Below, one piece after another: positions 54,913 through 64,000 of a stretch of DNA of 64,000 bases. Source of the DNA: Octopus sinensis (taxonomy: Eukaryota); contig NC_043009.1 of NCBI RefSeq assembly GCF_006345805.1, positions 32,054,001 to 32,118,000 on the forward strand, given 5' to 3'. Position 1 is the first letter of the stretch, and the number at the start of each line of letters is the position of its first letter. The notes beneath the pieces were generated by a model that was not told the origin of the DNA, made no database searches, and saw only the letters and a list, made by a program, of their open reading frames with translations. Both the position numbers and the translations under genes were made by a program.

Positions 54913-55282
54913 TGTTAGAGAAATAGTGGATTATTTATATATGTTATCATTTAGAACTAGCTGTTTGTTCTAAATTATAACACACATATCGTAAATCTCA
55001 AACAACGAAGAACAAATACACGAAAATCAAAACAACAACATGAGGAGGTGTCTTCAGTTCTGGTGTTGAGTGCATTTCTTCTTTCTCCTTCTTTGTTCTG
55101 TTCCTTGGCCTCTTCGATGCAGCGTCAACGAGTGTCAGCGGGCGACTGACCACCTTGCCCAATTCCCCTTTAAATACTCGCTAGTAGGCTCCATCAGTCA
55201 GCACCACCTAGTTGTCACGTGACACTGTCTAACTGCAACTGACCAATGGAGAGGAAGGGCGCGTAATCTTAATACAGTAACA
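54913..55282 (-). mobile_element. Putative solo LTR
   Basis: TGTTA...TAACA termini; TATTTAAA on the minus strand, a CCAAT motif and a GTCACGTGAC palindrome. No clear TSD. Confidence 0.45.
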
Positions 55283-56082
55283 TTTGTAGAAAACATTGAC
55301 TGATGCTAGGGAATAAATAGAATGCTATACTTTTACTGATGAAGCCGCATAAACAGAAACGTTTACAGTTGTCTCTCTTACCTGTCCTTACTACTCTAGC
55401 AATAATATTAGTTATTTTTGCTAGTTACCACATTTAACTAAATTGTGTTTATTTCTGATGTTGATTATATTGTGTCTCTTCGAGCCCACTATTTTCTTAT
55501 TTAAGTACGAGATGTGTATCCGTTTATAATTACGAGACAGCAAATTTGAATTTTGAGCTGGAAGCTAACGACGTGTTTGTAATTATAGAACACCTTTTGA
55601 TCAGACACCAGTAAGCAGAAACGTCTCTATAGTAATCCAGCTGAGTATTGGTTAGCAGCACCTGTTAGTATAACTTGCTGATGAGGGGTTAAACAACGTT
55701 GGTCTGTGTAACAATCCACACGTACAAAATCTAAAGTAAATCGAAAGGGAAAATAAGCTAAATCAAACATGTTTTTTTATGATATTTAGAGTTTATGTAA
55801 AATATTATTTGTTTACAACCAAACAATTCCCCGACCAAATATATTGCAGCAGTAAGTTCTTCCATATGAAGATTCATAGCTTGTTTATGAGAAAGAAAGT
55901 TTTCTCTAAAAGCGTTTTAATTCTTTTAGACATGGACGATATAGTTGAAACTTTAGCAATACTGCAATAAAAATTATCCTTAGCAAGAACGTATATATAT
56001 ATCAATGTAAATCTCAAAAAGAAGTAAAACAATCTCTCTCTCTCTCGATATATGTGTGTATGTATGTATGTATGTATGTATG

Positions 56083-56135
<53 letters not shown>

Positions 56136-56153
56136 CATGTATGCATACATATG

Positions 56154-56208
<55 letters not shown>

Positions 56209-56929
56209 ATATATTATATATATTATGTCTCACAAGGTTTCAGAAATGTCATCCTTTGAAGGATTTTAGTGGAAGGAAAATATATATTCTGAAAATCTAG
56301 AGCAAATCATTGAATTTTCAAGAGCAGCGATGCTATGAATTCTTATCATATCCCATTCCTTCCATGTTTCAATAATACTAGCTTCTTTCTGAAGATCAAT
56401 AACTACCGAAAGAATCTGATGCCACCAAAAAATGCACATTCGATGTATAAGGGAAGGAAGCAAAATCTGCATCTCTGTAAAGTAGATAGATAATTAAACA
56501 AGGAAACATTATCGTATCTCAACAAAATAATTGATGATTCAATGAATGAGAGGAAAGCAGAAATCACTATTTTTTATTTATTTTTTATATCTAATGAGAA
56601 ATATGTTGGAACTTAAATCTAATAACTCTTACATTGCAACATAAAAAGCCTATATCAAATTTCGTTAAAGACTTCTTAAATCCTTCTATATTTTACTCTT
56701 ATTAAAGGGTTGACTTTTTTTAAATTTTATCACTAGTTTTTAGATTTTAAATTCAATCAATTTTTTTGTCATATTATCCTTTGTAGCATTTCGCTTTATA
56801 TTAGATTAAGCTAGCTGAAAATAAGATATTCGCAAAACCAATTCAAACTTACCTCCTAGAATGTTCGCCATTATTTTTAATGTACTAGCAAGACACACAC
56901 ACACACACATATATATATATGTATATATA

Positions 56930-56965
<36 letters not shown>

Positions 56966-57095
56966 CATTATATATGTGTGTATGTATATATATATCATTA
57001 TATATATATGTGTATATATATATATTATATATATATGTATATATGTGTATATATATATATATTGTATATATGGTATATATATATATTATATATAT

Positions 57096-57140
<45 letters not shown>

Positions 57141-57415
57141 TACATATTTATAGGGAGATAGATGGATTAATAGATAGATATATAGTGTATAAGTGTATAT
57201 GTACATACATATTCTTATATAAAATATTTACATACATGTATGCATACTATATGTATATGCGTGTGTTTGTGTGTGTGTGCGTGCGTGTGCATGTGCATGT
57301 GTGTATATGGATAGAGAGATACATATACATCCACATATATATAAATGGATGCATGTATTTAAGTATGTATGTGTGCATATGTATATGTATATATATGTGT
57401 GTATATATATATATT

Positions 57416-57462
<47 letters not shown>

Positions 57463-58455
57463 GTATGTACATCTATATATATATATGTGTGTATGTATGG
57501 AAAGATAACTTCATATAGTTTAGTTATCAAAAGTCTGGAAAATTTTCCCTTTCTGTTTGTTTTTTTCACTTTACATTTTTTCCCCCTTATTTCGGTTTCC
57601 AAGACAGCAAATGATTTGCATTTAGGAATAAAACCAATTTAGAAAGTTCTAGGCAATTGTTCTTGTGTAGAGCTGAGGGTGGGGTACGTTTACAACTTAA
57701 TATTCATTAATGATGGAATTTCTTTTACATAGCGATCACTGCTAACTCCTCATCTGCCAGCATCACCCCCTGCCTCTCCCTTGCTGTAGTCTTCCATGTG
57801 ACAATTACTGTTTCCCCTTTGTTAAAATCAATAGGGCTCTGATTATCTGTCAGTCCATGTGTTAATTTGGAAAGGAGATATATTACAAGACTTTCCTGTC
57901 ATCTTTCTTAGCTCATGTGAGAATTTGAGCTAATAAAAGACAGATTTTAATTATATACAATTTCTGTTTCTTTCATTATTGAAATGCATCTCCCCAGGGT
58001 ACTTATTAGTGCAAAATTGTACAGAGACATTGAGAGTTATGTGTAATGCTGTTTCAGTTGTTGTTTGAGCAGAGATCATTCCCCTTTGTGGAATCTTATG
58101 CTCAGATGTATCCTCACACATGAATAGCCATGCTTTTAGGGGTTTCTTGGACTGTTTTATCTGAGATAGTCTTACTGAGTCCTTGGAGTGAGATTTAGTT
58201 GTTATGTCCAGGATATTGATGCTAAAATGTTCTTTTAATTGTCCCCTCGTAAGTATTATTACATGAAGGTGAGAATAGTCAGCTTTCCTCATCATTTTCA
58301 TTATTTAAATGAGTACATTTATTGACTTCAGGGCAGGGAATGGTAACTGTGACTCTATGACTTTCTCAGATGAATATCACCAGGAGTTTACAAACTATAT
58401 TGTAAGAGAAGTAAAATATTCAAAATATACTTACATATATATATATATATATATA

Positions 58456-58815
58456 TTGGCTGATGTCAGCACTGCCTTGACTGGTTCCCGTGCCAGTGGC
58501 CTGTAAAAAGCACCATCCGAATGTGGCCGATGCCAATGCCACCTTGAGTGGCTTCTGTGCTGGTGGCACGTAAAAAGCACCGATCCAATCGTGGCCATTG
58601 CCAGCCTCACCTGACACCTGTGCCGGTGGCACGTAAAAAGCACCCATTACACTCATGAAGTAGTTGGCGTTTGGAAGGGCATCCAGCTGTAGAAACACTG
58701 CCAGATCAGACTGGAGCCTGATGCAGCCTTCTGGCTTCCCAGATCCCGGTTGAACCGTCCAACCCATGCTAGCATGGAGAACGGACATTAAACGATGATG
58801 ATGATGATGATGATA
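58456..58815 (+). mobile_element. SINE family C with an RTE-like (GAT)n tail and three internal tandem repeats
   Basis: Three copies of gtg(c/t)..gtggc..gtaaaaagcacc and a tail ttaaacgatgatgat. Relatives lie at about 29770-29900, 45680-45900 and 49370-49560. Confidence 0.8.
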
Positions 58816-58934
58816 TATATATAATCAGTAATTGTTGATCCACTAATCGATGGATTACTCAACAATTATTTGTTAAATCTGCTTTAAATACTACCTGAAG
58901 ATCATGGGAATTGCATAATGTATGATGTAATCCA

Positions 58935-58995
58935 AAATATTGTGTTATGCTTAAATTAAATAAAGATTCTCAGCGAAACAATTGTCACAAAATTT
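58935..58995 (+). ncRNA. Vestigial hammerhead motif
   Basis: aaatattgt-(gttatg)-ct..agc-GAAA-caattg-TC-acaaaattt. Stem I has 8 of 9 pairs, stem III is palindromic and the triplet is GUC, but the CUGANGA box has decayed. Confidence 0.5.
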
Positions 58996-59198
58996 AAACT
59001 CCATTTGTTCTTTATTTTTATTTCACACCACACCAAGGGTCTTGCAATTTGTTGAATTACCAGGAAGCAATTGGAATTACAAATTGCCCAACAGTAATGA
59101 CCAGTCTTCAGCATTCTTCACTGAGTGATTCTGTCTAGTCAATCGGTGGCATACTACATGTGGATATGTCTTGCTTCTTCATGTATCTAATTATATAG

Positions 59199-59790
59199 GC
59201 CTTAAATATGGTTTCTGATTACAAATATCTTGGGTCATACATATCATCATCTGGAAAAGACTTTCTAACTAGAAAGGGTATGGCCTGGTCAGCCTTTAAT
59301 GACATGCATAAGATCTGGTCATCAAATCTAAGTAGAGACTTCAAACTTGAAATCTTCAAAGCCACAGTCGAACCAATTCTACTATATGGCTCAGAAACCT
59401 GGACGTTATCAAAGAAGCTATTGGGGCGGTTGGATGGAACCTACACTCGCCTCCTTATGAGAGCTCAAAATCTCTCGTGGAAGCGCCATCCAACCAAAAT
59501 GCAAATATATGGGAAACTACCACCTGTGTCATCTCTTGTGAAAGGTAAGAGAGTCCAGCTTGCTGGACATTGTTGTAGAGCTGAAAAAGAGGTAATTTCT
59601 ACTCTTCTCCTCTGGAAGCCATCTACTCACAATACCAGAGGGTGCACACTCTCCTACCCTGATGGAATCTCCAGGGATACAGGCATCCAGCAACAGGACC
59701 TCCGTAATGCCATGATGGACCGTGAAGTCTGGCGTAGCATGGTAAATTCCATTGTCTCGACCACGGTCGAACAATGATGAATGATGATGA
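59199..59790 (+). mobile_element. RTE/RTE-X LINE 3' fragment with an open 189-codon frame
   Basis: DYKYLGSYI, VEPILLYGSETWTL, LDGTYTRLL, LAGHC and MMDREVWR*, followed by a tgatga tail. Confidence 0.88.
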
Positions 59791-60393
59791 TATAGGCAAA
59801 TATTTATATGATAAAGATAAGATAAAGGAAATAACTTCAATGAGCCAATGGTATGACTTTACATAAATAAGATGATGAATAAATAAAGTTACATTGCAGG
59901 GAAAGCTGGTTTTCACTCAATGAATTTGTCAATGGGGCGGTTAGACCTCCTATTATTATTTTCTTGTGTTTCTTGTTATTTGAATTTGATTTCACAGATC
60001 AAGGACCCTTTAGGAAGTGCATTAGCAGGAATTTGAAAATCATTGGAAAGAATGCCATATAGATTTTGGTGACTTCTTGTGCTCTGAGTTTAAATCCTGC
60101 TTAGGTCAGCCTTGCCCTTCATCCTTAAATGGGTCAATAAAAAAAAATTACCCATGCAAAGTGATGGATAGCTCGAAAGGTAACTGCATCGTATTGGATG
60201 GCTAGATTGATAAGTTTATCTTCCAGTCAGAAAGGAAAGCAGGAAACATTACTGTTTACTGGGTCTCTGAGATTGGTGAGAGGGAGAAGGCAAGATATCC
60301 TTAAACCAGAGCTCTGAGTACTGGTAGCAGAGTTGACTTGGTTAAAGACATTCAAGGTGTCAGGTGGTGGTGTTAAACCAGGCAGTGGCTTAA

Positions 60394-60563
60394 CAATTTT
60401 GTCCACATATTTCTGTTGAAATATGCTGCTTTTGTTTCAATGAATTTCAAAATAATGAAGAATTTAGTAAAATTACTTTGACATTATTAAGCTGGTGCCT
60501 GGAACACAAATGAGTACCAAAAGAGAAGCAGAAGTGGTTTCAGGTGGGTTAGCATCAAAAGGG
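60394..60563. mobile_element. Degenerate copy of the 32.4-kb TTAA MITE
   Basis: Shared gaatttagtaaaat core and a caaaaggg|TTAA end. Confidence 0.6.
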
Positions 60564-61042
60564 TTAAGTATATTAATGAAATAAGTCACATTGGGTACTG
60601 TGTTCAAAGTGCAAAGAACTGGAGCAAATACTGCAAGGTATCAGGTTTGACATTTTTACAGATCTGTCAATCTAGCAGCCATGATTGGAACTTTTTTATT
60701 GATAAAAGATGAAAAGTAAAGCCGTCTTTGATGGCATTTGAACTTGGAGTGCTGTGTGTCATAAAAAGTGCTCTTGCTTCACACTCCAAAACATCTAAGA
60801 ACTCCTTATTTATGCTTCTATTCTCTTTTTGCATTACACATATTACGTTTACCATCTGACAAAAAATCCTTGCTCCTCTCATTGTCATTCCACCAGAAAT
60901 CACTCTCAGCGCATTTTTTCCTGGAGACTCTGACTTGAAACTGTCCAAGAGGAACATTAACCATATCACAAGTCTCAGAGTACCTGCAACAACCATCATA
61001 ACATCCCCATACTCCAGCCACAGTCCCTGAAAAACATTAATC

Positions 61043-61447
61043 GCTTCCCAACCACATGGTTCCACGTTCAGTCCCATTGCGTGGTACCTTGGGTAAGTGT
61101 CTTCTACTATAGCCTCAGGCTGACCAAAGCCTTGTGAGTGGATTTGGTAGATGGAAACTGAAAGAAGCTTAATGTATATGTGTTTTTGTGCGTGTGTTTA
61201 TGTTTGTGTGTGCATGCACATGGATGTGTGCGTATGTGTGTGCATGCTTGTGTGCATTTGTGTCTGTATTTGTCCCCTATCAATACTTTACAACTAATGT
61301 CGGTGTATTTACCTCACCAAAACTTAGCGGTTTGGCAAAAGAGACCAGACTTTAAAAAATGTAGTGTAACCAATTTATTTAACTAAAAAATTCCTCAAGA
61401 CAGTGCCCCAGCATGGCCACAGTTTACTAACTGGTACAGCTAAAAGA
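61043..61447 (+). mobile_element. SINE family A
   Basis: Homology to family A. Confidence 0.85.
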
Positions 61448-62114
61448 TAACAAATTAAAACAATAAATATAATGACGTTCTACTATGAAAGCGAACAAAA
61501 GAAGATTAGTTGAACAGATGACTGAGCAATTCGAAATAGCTTCAGAAATCAGCCAACTTATAGAGCAAGAGAATATAATGGCAATACAATGGGATACAGC
61601 ATATTTGAAAATATAATTACATATACATTCACAGAATAATAAAAATGGCCAAACAGAATTATGAATATTTCTAAGCAAGACCAAAGAGTTTCAAAATCTC
61701 AATAAATATTTTTACATATAATTCAGAACTTTCTATTTCTATCTCATTCGCAGGCTAAAGATATCTAGAGAATGCTTTTAAATAGCCATAAATATTGTTA
61801 AATTTTACAACACAATATTAGTGACATTTCCTTGTGTAGCAGTGTTATATTTGGATATAATTCAGTGGTATTAAATACTGTTTTATAGTAATATGATGGA
61901 AAGTTTGTGTATCAAATTGGACCTGGACCCATAAACTTTATATTGTTCTAATGTTCTATGTTTAGAAATGGAAAGAAAGGGAAGAGAGAGAGATAGAGTA
62001 AATTATTTTTAAAGCCCTGTGCATGAAGTATAGAAATTATATATATAATGTGTGTCAGTGTGAGCGCATGTGTGCATGTGTGAATATATATATGTGGATA
62101 TATTATGTATGTAT

Positions 62115-62310
62115 GTCATTGTTCAGTTTTATTTCAAGATTTCTTGTCAGTAGAGAAAGAGCCGGTTTCTAACCTAGATTCAAGGCTCCTCCATTGGAAT
62201 TTCAGCATCAACAACAGGGTATTTTTGTATGTATGTATGTTTTATGTGTGTATTCTAATGCATATAGTTGCATATCTAGACATGCTCATATACATTTAAA
62301 TGATAAACTT
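62115..62310 (-). mobile_element. Third copy (3' UTR only) of the element at 825-1225
   Basis: Near-collinear with 830-1100. Confidence 0.7.
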
Positions 62311-62320
62311 CTGTATGTAT

Positions 62321-62732
62321 TTACTCTTTTTCTCTTTTACTCTTTTACTTGTTTCAGTCATTTGACTGCGGCCATACTGGAGCATCGCCTTTAATCGTGC
62401 AACTCGGCCCCGGGACTTATTCTTTTGTAAGCCCAGTACTTATTCTATCGGTCTCTTTTGCTGAACCGCTAAGTAACGGGGACGTAAACACACCAGCATT
62501 GGTTGTCAAGCAGTGCTAGGGGGACAAACACAGACACACAAACACACACACGCATATATATATACATATATACGACGGGCTTCTTTCAGTTTCTGTCTAC
62601 CAAATCCACTCACAAGGCTTTGGCCGGCCCGAGGCTATAGTAGAAGACACTTGCCCAAGGTACCATACAGTGGGACTGAACCCAGAACGATGTGGTTGGT
62701 AAACAAGCTACTTACCACACAGCCACTCCTGT
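62321..62732 (-). mobile_element. SINE family A, near full length
   Basis: Reverse complement of the family A consensus. Confidence 0.9.
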
Positions 62733-63171
62733 GAATGATTTTTCTTTGAGTCTTATCCTGAAAGAGATCAAGCCAGTTGCTAATGAAGTGACAAAAATTT
62801 TTGAGTTAGGAGACATTCCAGTGTTTGTAAATGTGTGGTTGAGTTGATGTGTTGGTTGAACTGTCGATGTATACACCCAACAGTGTGCATCTATTCACAT
62901 AAGAATTTCAGATGAAGAATTTTTGAAATGTTTTATAGATCTTCACTGTGCCACTAATAAATCAGTTTCTTTTAATTTTTTCTTGTGAAACTGAGTATTT
63001 CTAGGTTTTTGTGCAAATTTGTTGGTACATAACCTAATGTACCCTTGATGATAGGTACATAGTCAGGATATGTATGTATTACTCATATTACCTTGTGACA
63101 CCGTTGAAATAGTTCAAACCAAAGAGATTTTCAAACAATAGTTTATTCCCACTCCCAATGTATGATATCTT

Positions 63172-63525
63172 GAGCAAGCATCTTCTACTATAGCCTTGAG
63201 ACAACCAAAAGCTTATGAGTACACTTGATAGATGGAAACTGAAAGAAGCCCACCATATATATATATATATATGTAATTATGTATATATCAATGTGTGTAT
63301 CTTCGTGTCAGTCTTTGTAACACCACCGCAATCCCCACCATTGGTGTTGGTGTGTTTACCTCCCTCTACTTAGTAGTTCGGCAAAAGAAACCAATAGAAT
63401 AAGTACTAGGCTAACAAAGAATAAGTCCAGGTGGGGTGGGGGTTGATTTATTCAATTAAAACACTGCAAAGTGGTGCTCCAGCATGGCCACAGTCGAAAT
63501 GACTGAAGCAAGTAAAAAAATAAGA
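63172..63525 (+). mobile_element. SINE family A, diverged and headless
   Basis: Homology to family A. Confidence 0.75.
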
Positions 63526-63740
63526 GAGTATGTGTGTGTGTATGTGTGTGTGAATGTGTGTGCATGTGTATGCATGTGTGTTTGTATATGTACACATGTA
63601 TTAACATATATTTATATACATGTATATGCATATATATATGTGTATATATATATATTTATATCGATGTAAATATATATATGTGTGTGCCTACATATACACA
63701 TATCATATGAGGCTTCACAAGCAGTGCCCCATACACTTAA

Positions 63741-63936
63741 CCCTTTAGCATTCAATTTTCTTTGTCCAGTTTATTTGATTCACATTGTTTTAAATTGATT
63801 TCAAGATTTCAATGGTGCGTTTGTATATTTCTAGAATGACATTGTTGGGAAGGGATGAGAGTTTGGATGTGGTCAATTTTAACCAAAAACAGGTAGTGTA
63901 CTTGGGCCATATATGACCGGTTTAACTGCTAAAAGT
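63741..63936. mobile_element. piggyBac-type (TTAA) MITE, second family
   Basis: TTAA|ccctttagca ... tgctaaaagt|TTAA. Confidence 0.7.
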
Positions 63937-64000
63937 TTAAGCTTGCCTCATTTGATGGTTTCAATTAATAATGCTATATTCCTATACAATACTTTGCTCA

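Noticed and set aside
57951-58301. 116-aa non-repetitive minus-strand ORF
   Set aside because: No recognisable domain or convincing splice sites; a few ORFs of this length are expected by chance in 64 kb.
58480-58650. CRISPR-like repeat-spacer pattern
   Set aside because: Three degenerate internal repeats of a eukaryotic SINE with related spacers and no cas genes.

Overview
AT-rich, repeat-saturated animal DNA, most likely intronic or intergenic sequence from an octopod cephalopod. This is inferred from the extreme microsatellite density and the tRNA-headed SINE families and was not checked by a search. Almost all supplied ORFs are microsatellite artefacts. Recognisable coding remnants all come from transposons: a frameshifted Penelope-like element (RT + GIY-YIG, 6.7-9.1 kb), a CR1-type LINE, two RTE-type LINE 3' ends, a dead Ty3/gypsy integrase with PPT and 3' LTR, a fold-back mariner, hAT and piggyBac-type MITEs, and many SINEs. 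A CpG-rich promoter-like island at about 53.3-53.6 kb may hold the first coding exon of a minus-strand host gene. The most notable signal is a set of type I hammerhead ribozyme motifs, four with intact cores and five decayed. Two identical ones lie on the minus strand, one in each direct repeat of an 805-bp non-coding element (28927-29731). That is the layout of a retrozyme or Penelope-derived element, and it predicts a 558-nt self-excised RNA that could circularise.
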